Part shown: positions 11,562 through 26,971 of the stretch, in pieces
Layout of the letters: the number at the start of each line of letters is the position of its first letter
How positions within the stretch are numbered: position 1 is the first letter of the stretch
Assembly (NCBI GenBank): GCA_964016885.1
Contig: CAXHJY010001718.1
Coordinates: 1 to 58,547, forward strand
DNA length: 58,547 nt
Direction: 5' to 3'
From: Eledone cirrhosa
Lineage: Eukaryota
The notes under the pieces: generated by a model
What the model saw: the letters and a program-made list of their open reading frames with translations, nothing else
Databases searched by the model: none
What the model was told of the DNA's origin: nothing
Program-made: the position numbers and the translations under genes

Positions 11562-14500
11562 ACTATTGATTTTACGGAGATATCTTGCTGAAATTCACGC
11601 CACACATAGCCAATGAGTGTCTGCACATGTACCAGTAATTACAGATCGATCCGACCACGGGCGGCCGGCCCGCTATTGAAAAGGTAAATCCGCCGGCTAA
11701 TCGTCATTTTTGGATTCGTTTTCTTCGAAGCAAACCATTTGCCGCGGACTTTGTTGACGTTTAACACGGTTTGGTTCCAAAGCCACAACTATTGATTTTA
11801 CGGAGATATCTTGCTGAAATTCACGCCACACATAGCCAATGAGTGTCTGCACATGTACCAGTAATTACAGATCGATCCGACCACGGGCGGCCGGCCCGCT
11901 ATTGAAAAGGTAAATCCGCCGGCTAATCGTCATTTTTGGATTCGTTTTCTTCGAAGCAAACCATTTGCCGCGGACTTTGTTGACGTTTAACACCGTTTGG
12001 TTCCACAGCCACAACTATTGATTTTACGGAGATATCTTGCTGAAATTCACGCCACACATAGCCAATGAGTGTCTGCACATGTACCAGTAATTACAGATCG
12101 ATCCGACCACGGGCGGCCGGCCCGCGATTGAAAAGGTAAATCCGCCGGCTAATCGTCATTTTTGGATTCGTTTTCTTCGAAGCACACCATTCGCCGGCGG
12201 ACTTTGTTGACGTTTAACACGGTTTGGTTCCAAAGCCACAACTATTGATTTTACGGAGATATCTTGCTGAAATTCACGCCACACATAGCCAATGAGTGTC
12301 TGCACATGTACCAGTAATTACAGATCGATCCGACCACGGGCGGCCGGCCCGCTATTGAAAAGGTAAATCCGCCGGCTAATCGTCATTTTTGGATTCGTTT
12401 TCTTCGAAGCAAACCATTTGCCGCGGACTTTGTTGACGTTTAACACCGTTTGGTTCCACAGCCACAACTATTGATTTTACGGAGATATCTTGCTGAAATT
12501 CACGCCACACATAGCCAATGAGTGTCTGCACATGTACCAGTAATTACAGATCGATCCGACCACGGGCGGCCGGCCCGCGATTGAAAAGGTAAATCCGCCG
12601 GCTAATCGTCATTTTTGGATTCGTTTTCTTCGAAGCACACCATTCGCCGGCGGACTTTGTTGACGTTTAACACGGTTTGGTTCCAAAGCCACAACTATTG
12701 ATTTTACGGAGATATCTTGCTGAAATTCACGCCACACATAGCCAATGAGTGTCTGCACATGTACCAGTAATTACAGATCGATCCGACCACGGGCGGCCGG
12801 CCCGCTATTGAAAAGGTAAATCCGCCGGCTAATCGTCATTTTTGGATTCGTTTTCTTCGAAGCAAACCATTTGCCGCGGACTTTGTTGACGTTTAACACC
12901 GTTTGGTTCCACAGCCACAACTATTGATTTTACGGAGATATCTTGCTGAAATTCACGCCACACATAGCCAATGAGTGTCTGCACATGTACCAGTAATTAC
13001 AGATCGATCCGACCACGGGCGGCCGGCCCGCGATTGAAAAGGTAAATCCGCCGGCTAATCGTCATTTTTGGATTCGTTTTCTTCGAAGCACACCATTCGC
13101 CGGCGGACTTTGTTGACGTTTAACACGGTTTGGTTCCAAAGCCACAACTATTGATTTTACGGAGATATCTTGCTGAAATTCACGCCACACATAGCCAATG
13201 AGTGTCTGCACATGTACCAGTAATTACAGATCGATCCGACCACGGGCGGCCGGCCCGCTATTGAAAAGGTAAATCCGCCGGCTAATCGTCATTTTTGGAT
13301 TCGTTTTCTTCGAAGCAAACCATTTGCCGCGGACTTTGTTGACGTTTAACACCGTTTGGTTCCACAGCCACAACTATTGATTTTACGGAGATATCTTGCT
13401 GAAATTCACGCCACACATAGCCAATGAGTGTCTGCACATGTACCAGTAATTACAGATCGATCCGACCACGGGCGGCCGGCCCGCGAATGAAAAGGTAAAT
13501 CCGCCGGCTAATCGTCATTTTTGGATTCGTTTTCTTCGAAGCACACCATTCGCCGGCGGACTTTGTTGACGTTTAACACGGTTTGGTTCCACAGCCACAA
13601 CTATTGATTTTACGGAGATATCTTGCTGAAATTCAAGCCACACATAGCCAATGAGTGTCTGCACATGTACCAGTAATTACAGATCGATCCGACCACGGGC
13701 GGCCGGCCCGCGATTGAAAAGGTAAATCCGCCGGCTAATCGTCATTTTTGGATTCGTTTTCTTCGAAGCACACCATTCGCCGGCGGACTTTGTTGACGTT
13801 TAACACGGTTTGGTTCCACAGCCACAACTATTGATTTTACGGAGATATCTTGCTGAAATTCACGCCACACATAGCCAATGAGTGTCTGCACATGTACCAG
13901 TAATTACAGATCGATCCGACCACGGGCGGCCGGCCCGCTATTGAAAAGGTAAATCCGCCGGCTAATCGTCATTTTTGGATTCGTTTTCTTCGAAGCAAAC
14001 CATTTGCCGCGGACTTTGTTGACGTTTAACACGGTTTGGTTCCAAAGCCACAACTATTGATTTTACGGAGATATCTTGCTGAAATTCACGCCACACATAG
14101 CCAATGAGTGTCTGCACATGTACCAGTAATTACAGATCGATCCGACCACGGGCGGCCGGCCCGCTATTGAAAAGGTAAATCCGCCGGCTAATCGTCATTT
14201 TTGGATTCGTTTTCTTCGAAGCAAACCATTTGCCGCGGACTTTGTTGACGTTTAACACCGTTTGGTTCCACAGCCACAACTATTGATTTTACGGAGATAT
14301 CTTGCTGAAATTCACGCCACACATAGCCAATGAGTGTCTGCACATGTACCAGTAATTACAGATCGATCCGACCACGGGCGGCCGGCCCGCTATTGAAAAG
14401 GTAAATCCGCCGGCTAATCGTCATTTTTGGATTCGTTTTCTTCGAAGCAAACCATTTGCCGCGGACTTTGTTGACGTTTAACACCGTTTGGTTCCACAGC

Positions 14501-16769
14501 CACAACTATTGATTTTACGGAGATATCTTGCTGAAATTCACGCCACACATAGCCAATGAGTGTCTGCACATGTACCAGTAATTACAGATCGATCCGACCA
14601 CGGGCGGCCGGCCCGCGATTGAAAAGGTAAATCCGCCGGCTAATCGTCATTTTTGGATTCGTTTTCTTCGAAGCACACCATTCGCCGGCGGACTTTGTTG
14701 ACGTTTAACACGGTTTGGTTCCAAAGCCACAACTATTGATTTTACGGAGATATCTTGCTGAAATTCACGCCACACATAGCCAATGAGTGTCTGCACATGT
14801 ACCAGTAATTACAGATCGATCCGACCACGGGCGGCCGGCCCGCTATTGAAAAGGTAAATCCGCCGGCTAATCGTCATTTTTGGATTCGTTTTCTTCGAAG
14901 CAAACCATTTGCCGCGGACTTTGTTGACGTTTAACACCGTTTGGTTCCACAGCCACAACTATTGATTTTACGGAGATATCTTGCTGAAATTCACGCCACA
15001 CATAGCCAATGAGTGTCTGCACATGTACCAGTAATTACAGATCGATCCGACCACGGGCGGCCGGCCCGCGATTGAAAAGGTAAATCCGCCGGCTAATCGT
15101 CATTTTTGGATTCGTTTTCTTCGAAGCACACCATTCGCCGGCGGACTTTGTTGACGTTTAACACGGTTTGGTTCCACAGCCACAACTATTGATTTTACGG
15201 AGATATCTTGCTGAAATTCAAGCCACACATAGCCAATGAGTGTCTGCACATGTACCAGTAATTACAGATCGATCCGACCACGGGCGGCCGGCCCGCGATT
15301 GAAAAGGTAAATCCGCCGGCTAATCGTCATTTTTGGATTCGTTTTCTTCGAAGCACACCATTCGCCGGCGGACTTTGTTGACGTTTAACACGGTTTGGTT
15401 CCACAGCCACAACTATTGATTTTACGGAGATATCTTGCTGAAATTCACGCCACACATAGCCAATGAGTGTCTGCACATGTACCAGTAATTACAGATCGAT
15501 CCGACCACGGGCGGCCGGCCCGCTATTGAAAAGGTAAATCCGCCGGCTAATCGTCATTTTTGGATTCGTTTTCTTCGAAGCAAACCATTTGCCGCGGACT
15601 TTGTTGACGTTTAACACGGTTTGGTTCCAAAGCCACAACTATTGATTTTACGGAGATATCTTGCTGAAATTCACGCCACACATAGCCAATGAGTGTCTGC
15701 ACATGTACCAGTAATTACAGATCGATCCGACCACGGGCGGCCGGCCCGCTATTGAAAAGGTAAATCCGCCGGCTAATCGTCATTTTTGGATTCGTTTTCT
15801 TCGAAGCAAACCATTTGCCGCGGACTTTGTTGACGTTTAACACCGTTTGGTTCCACAGCCACAACTATTGATTTTACGGAGATATCTTGCTGAAATTCAC
15901 GCCACACATAGCCAATGAGTGTCTGCACATGTACCAGTAATTACAGATCGATCCGACCACGGGCGGCCGGCCCGCGATTGAAAAGGTAAATCCGCCGGCT
16001 AATCGTCATTTTTGGATTCGTTTTCTTCGAAGCACACCATTCGCCGGCGGACTTTGTTGACGTTTAACACGGTTTGGTTCCAAAGCCACAACTATTGATT
16101 TTACGGAGATATCTTGCTGAAATTCACGCCACACATAGCCAATGAGTGTCTGCACATGTACCAGTAATTACAGATCGATCCGACCACGGGCGGCCGGCCC
16201 GCTATTGAAAAGGTAAATCCGCCGGCTAATCGTCATTTTTGGATTCGTTTTCTTCGAAGCAAACCATTTGCCGCGGACTTTGTTGACGTTTAACACCGTT
16301 TGGTTCCACAGCCACAACTATTGATTTTACGGAGATATCTTGCTGAAATTCACGCCACACATAGCCAATGAGTGTCTGCACATGTACCAGTAATTACAGA
16401 TCGATCCGACCACGGGCGGCCGGCCCGCGATTGAAAAGGTAAATCCGCCGGCTAATCGTCATTTTTGGATTCGTTTTCTTCGAAGCACACCATTCGCCGG
16501 CGGACTTTGTTGACGTTTAACACGGTTTGGTTCCAAAGCCACAACTATTGATTTTACGGAGATATCTTGCTGAAATTCACGCCACACATAGCCAATGAGT
16601 GTCTGCACATGTACCAGTAATTACAGATCGATCCGACCACGGGCGGCCGGCCCGCTATTGAAAAGGTAAATCCGCCGGCTAATCGTCATTTTTGGATTCG
16701 TTTTCTTCGAAGCAAACCATTTGCCGCGGACTTTGTTGACGTTTAACACCGTTTGGTTCCACAGCCACA
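11562..16769. repeat. Dimer-dominated (d-q) domain with three recombinant d/q monomers
   Basis: There are no TGGCTG (a/e) monomers in this interval. The d-q alternation is interrupted by b-c pairs at 13373-13826 and 14958-15411. Confidence 0.88.
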
Positions 16770-19700
16770 ACTATTGATTTTACGGAGATATCTTGCTGAA
16801 ATTCACGCCACACATAGCCAATGAGTGTCTGCACATGTACCAGTAATTACAGATCGATCCGACCACGGGCGGCCGGCCCGCGATTGAAAAGGTAAATCCG
16901 CCGGCTAATCGTCATTTTTGGATTCGTTTTCTTCGAAGCACACCATTCGCCGGCGGACTTTGTTGACGTTTAACACGGTTTGGTTCCACAGCCACAACTA
17001 TTGATTTTACGGAGATATCTTGCTGAAATTCACGCCACACATAGCCAATGAGTGTCTGCACATGTACCAGTAATTACAGATCGATCCGACCACGGGCGGC
17101 CGGCCCGCGATTGAAAAGGTAAATCCGCCGGCTAATCGTCATTTTTGGATTCGTTTTCTTCGAAGCACACCATTCGCCGGCGGACTTTGTTGACGTTTAA
17201 CACGGTTTGGTTCCAAAGCCACAACTATTGATTTTACGGAGATATCTTGCTGAAATTCACGCCACACATAGCCAATGAGTGTCTGCACATGTACCAGTAA
17301 TTACAGATCGATCCGACCACGGGCGGCCGGCCCGCGATTGAAAAGGTAAATCCGCCGGCTAATCGTCATTTTTGGATTCGTTTTCTTCGAAGCACACCAT
17401 TCGCCGGCGGACTTTGTTGACGTTTAACACGGTTTGGTTCCAAAGCCACAACTATTGATTTTACGGAGATATCTTGCTGAAATTCACGCCACACATAGCC
17501 AATGAGTGTCTGCACATGTACCAGTAATTACAGATCGATCCGACCACGGGCGGCCGGCCCGCGATTGAAAAGGTAAATCCGCCGGCTAATCGTCATTTTT
17601 GGATTCGTTTTCTTCGAAGCACACCATTCGCCGGCGGACTTTGTTGACGTTTAACACGGTTTGGTTCCACAGCCACAACTATTGATTTTACGGAGATATC
17701 TGGCTGAAATTCACGCCACACATAGCCAATGAGTGTCTGCACATGTACCAGTAATTACAGATCGATCCGACCACGGGCGGCCGGCCCGCGATTGAAAAGG
17801 TAAATCCGCCGGCTAATCGTCATTTTTGGATTCGTTTTCTTCGAAGCACACCATTTGCCGCGGACTTTGTTGACGTTTAACACCGTTTGGTTCCACAGCC
17901 ACAACTATTGATTTTACGGAGATATCTTGCTGAAATTCACGCCACACATAGCCAATGAGTGTCTGCACATGTACCAGTAATTACAGATCGATCCGACCAC
18001 GGGCGGCCGGCCCGCGATTGAAAAGGTAAATCCGCCGGCTAATCGTCATTTTTGGATTCGTTTTCTTCGAAGCACACCATTCGCCGGCGGACTTTGTTGA
18101 CGTTTAACACGGTTTGGTTCCACAGCCACAACTATTGATTTTACGGAGATATCTTGCTGAAATTCAAGCCACACATAGCCAATGAGTGTCTGCACATGTA
18201 CCAGTAATTACAGATCGATCCGACCACGGGCGGCCGGCCCGCGATTGAAAAGGTAAATCCGCCGGCTAATCGTCATTTTTGGATTCGTTTTCTTCGAAGC
18301 ACACCATTCGCCGGCGGACTTTGTTGACGTTTAACACGGTTTGGTTCCACAGCCACAACTATTGATTTTACGGAGATATCTGGCTGAAATTCACGCCACA
18401 CATAGCCAATGAGTGTCTGCACATGTACCAGTAATTACAGATCGATCCGACCACGGGCGGCTGGCCCGCGATTGAAAAGGTAAATCCGCCGGCTAATCGT
18501 CATTTTTGGATTCGTTTTCTTCGAAGCACACCATTCGCCGGCGGACTTTGTTGACGTTTAACACGGTTTGGTTCCACAGCCACAACTATTGATTTTACGG
18601 AGATATCTTGCTGAAATTCACGCCACACATAGCCAATGAGTGTCTGCACATGTACCAGTAATTACAGATCGATCCGACCACGGGCGGCCGGCCCGCTATT
18701 GAAAAGGTAAATCCGCCGGCTAATCGTCATTTTTGGATTCGTTTTCTTCGAAGCAAACCATTTGCCGCGGACTTTGTTGACGTTTAACACCGTTTGGTTC
18801 CACAGCCACAACTATTGATTTTACGGAGATATCTTGCTGAAATTCACGCCACACATAGCCAATGAGTGTCTGCACATGTACCAGTAATTACAGATCGATC
18901 CGACCACGGGCGGCCGGCCCGCGATTGAAAAGGTAAATCCGCCGGCTAATCGTCATTTTTGGATTCGTTTTCTTCGAAGCACACCATTCGCCGGCGGACT
19001 TTGTTGACGTTTAACACGGTTTGGTTCCACAGCCACAACTATTGATTTTACGGAGATATCTTGCTGAAATTCAAGCCACACATAGCCAATGAGTGTCTGC
19101 ACATGTACCAGTAATTACAGATCGATCCGACCACGGGCGGCCGGCCCGCGATTGAAAAGGTAAATCCGCCGGCTAATCGTCATTTTTGGATTCGTTTTCT
19201 TCGAAGCACACCATTCGCCGGCGGACTTTGTTGACGTTTAACACGGTTTGGTTCCACAGCCAAAACTATTGATTTTACGGAGATATCTTGCTGAAATTCA
19301 CGCCACACATAGCCAATGAGTGTCTGCACATGTACCAGTAATTACAGATCGATCCGACCACGGGCGGCCGGCCCGCTATTGAAAAGGTAAATCCGCCGGC
19401 TAATCGTCATTTTTGGATTCGTTTTCTTCGAAGCAAACCATTTGCCGCGGACTTTGTTGACGTTTAACACCGTTTGGTTCCACAGCCACAACTATTGATT
19501 TTACGGAGATATCTTGCTGAAATTCACGCCACACATAGCCAATGAGTGTCTGCACATGTACCAGTAATTACAGATCGATCCGACCACGGGCGGCCGGCCC
19601 GCGATTGAAAAGGTAAATCCGCCGGCTAATCGTCATTTTTGGATTCGTTTTCTTCGAAGCACACCATTCGCCGGCGGACTTTGTTGACGTTTAACACGGT

Positions 19701-22700
19701 TTGGTTCCACAGCCACAACTATTGATTTTACGGAGATATCTTGCTGAAATTCACGCCACACATAGCCAATGAGTGTCTGCACATGTACCAGTAATTACAG
19801 ATCGATCCGACCACGGGCGGCCGGCCCGCGATTGAAAAGGTAAATCCGCCGGCTAATCGTCATTTTTGGATTCGTTTTCTTCGAAGCACACCATTCGCCG
19901 GCGGACTTTGTTGACGTTTAACACGGTTTGGTTCCACAGCCACAACTATTGATTTTACGGAGATATCTGGCTGAAATTCACGCCACACATAGCCAATGAG
20001 TGTCTGCACATGTACCAGTAATTACAGATCGATCCGACCACGGGCGGCCGGCCCGCGATTGAAAAGGTAAATCCGCCGGCTAATCGTCATTTTTGGATTC
20101 GTTTTCTTCGAAGCACACCATTTGCCGCGGACTTTGTTGACGTTTAACACCGTTTGGTTCCACAGCCACAACTATTGATTTTACGGAGATATCTTGCTGA
20201 AATTCACGCCACACATAGCCAATGAGTGTCTGCACATGTACCAGTAATTACAGATCGATCCGACCACGGGCGGCCGGCCCGCGATTGAAAAGGTAAATCC
20301 GCCGGCTAATCGTCATTTTTGGATTCGTTTTCTTCGAAGCACACCATTCGCCGGCGGACTTTGTTGACGTTTAACACGGTTTGGTTCCAAAGCCACAACT
20401 ATTGATTTTACGGAGATATCTTGCTGAAATTCACGCCACACATAGCCAATGAGTGTCTGCACATGTACCAGTAATTACAGATCGATCCGACTACGGGCGG
20501 CCGGCCCGCGATTGAAAAGGTAAATCCGCCGGCTAATCGTCATTTTTGGATTCGTTTTCTTCGAAGCACACCATTCGCCGGCGGACTTTGTTGACGTTTA
20601 ACACGGTTTGGTTCCACAGCCACAACTATTGATTTTACGGAGATATCTGGCTGAAATTCACGCCACACATAGCCAATGAGTGTCTGCACATGTACCAGTA
20701 ATTACAGATCGATCCGACCACGGGCGGCCGGCCCGCGATTGAAAAGGTAAATCCGCCGGCTAATCGTCATTTTTGGATTCGTTTTCTTCGAAGCACACCA
20801 TTTGCCGCGGACTTTGTTGACGTTTAACACCGTTTGGTTCCACAGCCACAACTATTGATTTTACGGAGATATCTTGCTGAAATTCACGCCACACATAGCC
20901 AATGAGTGTCTGCACATGTACCAGTAATTACAGATCGATCCGACCACGGGCGGCCGGCCCGCGATTGAAAAGGTAAATCCGCCGGCTAATCGTCATTTTT
21001 GGATTCGTTTTCTTCGAAGCACACCATTCGCCGGCGGACTTTGTTGACGTTTAACACGGTTTGGTTCCACAGCCACAACTATTGATTTTACGGAGATATC
21101 TTGCTGAAATTCAAGCCACACATAGCCAATGAGTGTCTGCACATGTACCAGTAATTACAGATCGATCCGACCACGGGCGGCCGGCCCGCGATTGAAAAGG
21201 TAAATCCGCCGGCTAATCGTCATTTTTGGATTCGTTTTCTTCGAAGCACACCATTCGCCGGCGGACTTTGTTGACGTTTAACACGGTTTGGTTCCACAGC
21301 CAAAACTATTGATTTTACGGAGATATCTTGCTGAAATTCACGCCACACATAGCCAATGAGTGTCTGCACATGTACCAGTAATTACAGATCGATCCGACCA
21401 CGGGCGGCCGGCCCGCTATTGAAAAGGTAAATCCGCCGGCTAATCGTCATTTTTGGATTCGTTTTCTTCGAAGCAAACCATTTGCCGCGGACTTTGTTGA
21501 CGTTTAACACCGTTTGGTTCCACAGCCACAACTATTGATTTTACGGAGATATCTTGCTGAAATTCACGCCACACATAGCCAATGAGTGTCTGCACATGTA
21601 CCAGTAATTACAGATCGATCCGACCACGGGCGGCCGGCCCGCGATTGAAAAGGTAAATCCGCCGGCTAATCGTCATTTTTGGATTCGTTTTCTTCGAAGC
21701 ACACCATTCGCCGGCGGACTTTGTTGACGTTTAACACGGTTTGGTTCCACAGCCACAACTATTGATTTTACGGAGATATCTTGCTGAAATTCACGCCACA
21801 CATAGCCAATGAGTGTCTGCACATGTACCAGTAATTACAGATCGATCCGACCACGGGCGGCCGGCCCGCGATTGAAAAGGTAAATCCGCCGGCTAATCGT
21901 CATTTTTGGATTCGTTTTCTTCGAAGCACACCATTCGCCGGCGGACTTTGTTGACGTTTAACACGGTTTGGTTCCACAGCCACAACTATTGATTTTACGG
22001 AGATATCTGGCTGAAATTCACGCCACACATAGCCAATGAGTGTCTGCACATGTACCAGTAATTACAGATCGATCCGACCACGGGCGGCCGGCCCGCGATT
22101 GAAAAGGTAAATCCGCCGGCTAATCGTCATTTTTGGATTCGTTTTCTTCGAAGCACACCATTTGCCGCGGACTTTGTTGACGTTTAACACCGTTTGGTTC
22201 CACAGCCACAACTATTGATTTTACGGAGATATCTTGCTGAAATTCACGCCACACATAGCCAATGAGTGTCTGCACATGTACCAGTAATTACAGATCGATC
22301 CGACCACGGGCGGCTGGCCCGCGATTGAAAAGGTAAATCCGCCGGCTAATCGTCATTTTTGGATTCGTTTTCTTCGAAGCACACCATTCGCCGGCGGACT
22401 TTGTTGACGTTTAACACGGTTTGGTTCCACAGCCACAACTATTGATTTTACGGAGATATCTTGCTGAAATTCACGCCACACATAGCCAATGAGTGTCTGC
22501 ACATGTACCAGTAATTACAGATCGATCCGACCACGGGCGGCCGGCCCGCTATTGAAAAGGTAAATCCGCCGGCTAATCGTCATTTTTGGATTCGTTTTCT
22601 TCGAAGCAAACCATTTGCCGCGGACTTTGTTGACGTTTAACACCGTTTGGTTCCACAGCCACAACTATTGATTTTACGGAGATATCTTGCTGAAATTCAC

Positions 22701-24703
22701 GCCACACATAGCCAATGAGTGTCTGCACATGTACCAGTAATTACAGATCGATCCGACCACGGGCGGCCGGCCCGCGATTGAAAAGGTAAATCCGCCGGCT
22801 AATCGTCATTTTTGGATTCGTTTTCTTCGAAGCACACCATTCGCCGGCGGACTTTGTTGACGTTTAACACGGTTTGGTTCCACAGCCACAACTATTGATT
22901 TTACGGAGATATCTTGCTGAAATTCACGCCACACATAGCCAATGAGTGTCTGCACATGTACCAGTAATTACAGATCGATCCGACCACGGGCGGCCGGCCC
23001 GCGATTGAAAAGGTAAATCCGCCGGCTAATCGTCATTTTTGGATTCGTTTTCTTCGAAGCACACCATTCGCCGGCGGACTTTGTTGACGTTTAACACGGT
23101 TTGGTTCCAAAGCCACAACTATTGATTTTACGGAGATATCTTGCTGAAATTCACGCCACACATAGCCAATGAGTGTCTGCACATGTACCAGTAATTACAG
23201 ATCGATCCGACCACGGGCGGCCGGCCCGCTATTGAAAAGGTAAATCCGCCGGCTAATCGTCATTTTTGGATTCGTTTTCTTCGAAGCAAACCATTTGCCG
23301 CGGACTTTGTTGACGTTTAACACCGTTTGGTTCCACAGCCACAACTATTGATTTTACGGAGATATCTTGCTGAAATTCACGCCACACATAGCCAATGAGT
23401 GTCTGCACATGTACCAGTAATTACAGATCGATCCGACCACGGGCGGCCGGCCCGCGATTGAAAAGGTAAATCCGCCGGCTAATCGTCATTTTTGGATTCG
23501 TTTTCTTCGAAGCACACCATTCGCCGGCGGACTTTGTTGACGTTTAACACGGTTTGGTTCCACAGCCACAACTATTGATTTTACGGAGATATCTTGCTGA
23601 AATTCACGCCACACATAGCCAATGAGTGTCTGCACATGTACCAGTAATTACAGATCGATCCGACCACGGGCGGCCGGCCCGCGATTGAAAAGGTAAATCC
23701 GCCGGCTAATCGTCATTTTTGGATTCGTTTTCTTCGAAGCACACCATTCGCCGGCGGACTTTGTTGACGTTTAACACGGTTTGGTTCCACAGCCACAACT
23801 ATTGATTTTACGGAGATATCTTGCTGAAATTCACGCCACACATAGCCAATGAGTGTCTGCACATGTACCAGTAATTACAGATCGATCCGACCACGGGCGG
23901 CCGGCCCGCTATTGAAAAGGTAAATCCGCCGGCTAATCGTCATTTTTGGATTCGTTTTCTTCGAAGCAAACCATTTGCCGCGGACTTTGTTGACGTTTAA
24001 CACCGTTTGGTTCCACAGCCACAACTATTGATTTTACGGAGATATCTTGCTGAAATTCACGCCACACATAGCCAATGAGTGTCTGCACATGTACCAGTAA
24101 TTACAGATCGATCCGACCACGGGCGGCCGGCCCGCGATTGAAAAGGTAAATCCGCCGGCTAATCGTCATTTTTGGATTCGTTTTCTTCGAAGCACACCAT
24201 TCGCCGGCGGACTTTGTTGACGTTTAACACGGTTTGGTTCCACAGCCACAACTATTGATTTTACGGAGATATCTTGCTGAAATTCACGCCACACATAGCC
24301 AATGAGTGTCTGCACATGTACCAGTAATTACAGATCGATCCGACCACGGGCGGCCGGCCCGCGATTGAAAAGGTAAATCCGCCGGCTAATCGTCATTTTT
24401 GGATTCGTTTTCTTCGAAGCACACCATTCGCCGGCGGACTTTGTTGACGTTTAACACGGTTTGGTTCCAAAGCCACAACTATTGATTTTACGGAGATATC
24501 TTGCTGAAATTCACGCCACACATAGCCAATGAGTGTCTGCACATGTACCAGTAATTACAGATCGATCCGACCACGGGCGGCCGGCCCGCTATTGAAAAGG
24601 TAAATCCGCCGGCTAATCGTCATTTTTGGATTCGTTTTCTTCGAAGCAAACCATTTGCCGCGGACTTTGTTGACGTTTAACACCGTTTGGTTCCACAGCC
24701 ACA

Positions 24704-26971
24704 ACTATTGATTTTACGGAGATATCTTGCTGAAATTCACGCCACACATAGCCAATGAGTGTCTGCACATGTACCAGTAATTACAGATCGATCCGACCAC
24801 GGGCGGCCGGCCCGCCATTGAAAAGGTAAATCCGCCGGCTAATCGTCATTTTTGGATTCGTTTTCTTCGAAGCACACCATTCGCCGGCGGACTTTGTTGA
24901 CGTTTAACACGGTTTGGTTCCAAAGCCACAACTATTGATTTTACGGAGATATCTTGCTGAAATTCACGCCACACATAGCCAATGAGTGTCTGCACATGTA
25001 CCAGTAATTACAGATCGATCCGACCACGGGCGGCCGGCCCGCGATTGAAAAGGTAAATCCGCCGGCTAATCGTCATTTTTGGATTCGTTTTCTTCGAAGC
25101 ACACCATTCGCCGGCGGACTTTGTTGACGTTTAACACGGTTTGGTTCCACAGCCACAACTATTGATTTTACGGAGATATCTTGCTGAAATTCAAGCCACA
25201 CATAGCCAATGAGTGTCTGCACATGTACCAGTAATTACAGATCGATCCGACCACGGGCGGCCGGCCCGCGATTGAAAAGGTAAATCCGCCGGCTAATCGT
25301 CATTTTTGGATTCGTTTTCTTCGAAGCACACCATTCGCCGGCGGACTTTGTTGACGTTTAACACGGTTTGGTTCCACAGCCACAACTATTGATTTTACGG
25401 AGATATCTGGCTGAAATTCACGCCACACATAGCCAATGAGTGTCTGCACATGTACCAGTAATTACAGATCGATCCGACCACGGGCGGCTGGCCCGCGATT
25501 GAAAAGGTAAATCCGCCGGCTAATCGTCATTTTTGGATTCGTTTTCTTCGAAGCACACCATTCGCCGGCGGACTTTGTTGACGTTTAACACGGTTTGGTT
25601 CCACAGCCACAACTATTGATTTTACGGAGATATCTTGCTGAAATTCACGCCACACATAGCCAATGAGTGTCTGCACATGTACCAGTAATTACAGATCGAT
25701 CCGACCACGGGCGGCCGGCCCGCTATTGAAAAGGTAAATCCGCCGGCTAATCGTCATTTTTGGATTCGTTTTCTTCGAAGCAAACCATTTGCCGCGGACT
25801 TTGTTGACGTTTAACACCGTTTGGTTCCACAGCCACAACTATTGATTTTACGGAGATATCTTGCTGAAATTCACGCCACACATAGCCAATGAGTGTCTGC
25901 ACATGTACCAGTAATTACAGATCGATCCGACCACGGGCGGCCGGCCCGCCATTGAAAAGGTAAATCCGCCGGCTAATCGTCATTTTTGGATTCGTTTTCT
26001 TCGAAGCACACCATTCGCCGGCGGACTTTGTTGACGTTTAACACGGTTTGGTTCCAAAGCCACAACTATTGATTTTACGGAGATATCTTGCTGAAATTCA
26101 CGCCACACATAGCCAATGAGTGTCTGCACATGTACCAGTAATTACAGATCGATCCGACCACGGGCGGCCGGCCCGCGATTGAAAAGGTAAATCCGCCGGC
26201 TAATCGTCATTTTTGGATTCGTTTTCTTCGAAGCACACCATTCGCCGGCGGACTTTGTTGACGTTTAACACGGTTTGGTTCCACAGCCACAACTATTGAT
26301 TTTACGGAGATATCTTGCTGAAATTCAAGCCACACATAGCCAATGAGTGTCTGCACATGTACCAGTAATTACAGATCGATCCGACCACGGGCGGCCGGCC
26401 CGCGATTGAAAAGGTAAATCCGCCGGCTAATCGTCATTTTTGGATTCGTTTTCTTCGAAGCACACCATTCGCCGGCGGACTTTGTTGACGTTTAACACGG
26501 TTTGGTTCCACAGCCACAACTATTGATTTTACGGAGATATCTGGCTGAAATTCACGCCACACATAGCCAATGAGTGTCTGCACATGTACCAGTAATTACA
26601 GATCGATCCGACCACGGGCGGCTGGCCCGCGATTGAAAAGGTAAATCCGCCGGCTAATCGTCATTTTTGGATTCGTTTTCTTCGAAGCACACCATTCGCC
26701 GGCGGACTTTGTTGACGTTTAACACGGTTTGGTTCCACAGCCACAACTATTGATTTTACGGAGATATCTTGCTGAAATTCACGCCACACATAGCCAATGA
26801 GTGTCTGCACATGTACCAGTAATTACAGATCGATCCGACCACGGGCGGCCGGCCCGCTATTGAAAAGGTAAATCCGCCGGCTAATCGTCATTTTTGGATT
26901 CGTTTTCTTCGAAGCAAACCATTTGCCGCGGACTTTGTTGACGTTTAACACCGTTTGGTTCCACAGCCACA
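24704..26971. repeat. Two tandem copies of a 1134-bp 5-mer r-b-c-e-d
   Basis: GCCATT monomers start at 24704 and 25838, each followed by the same four types. Confidence 0.88.
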
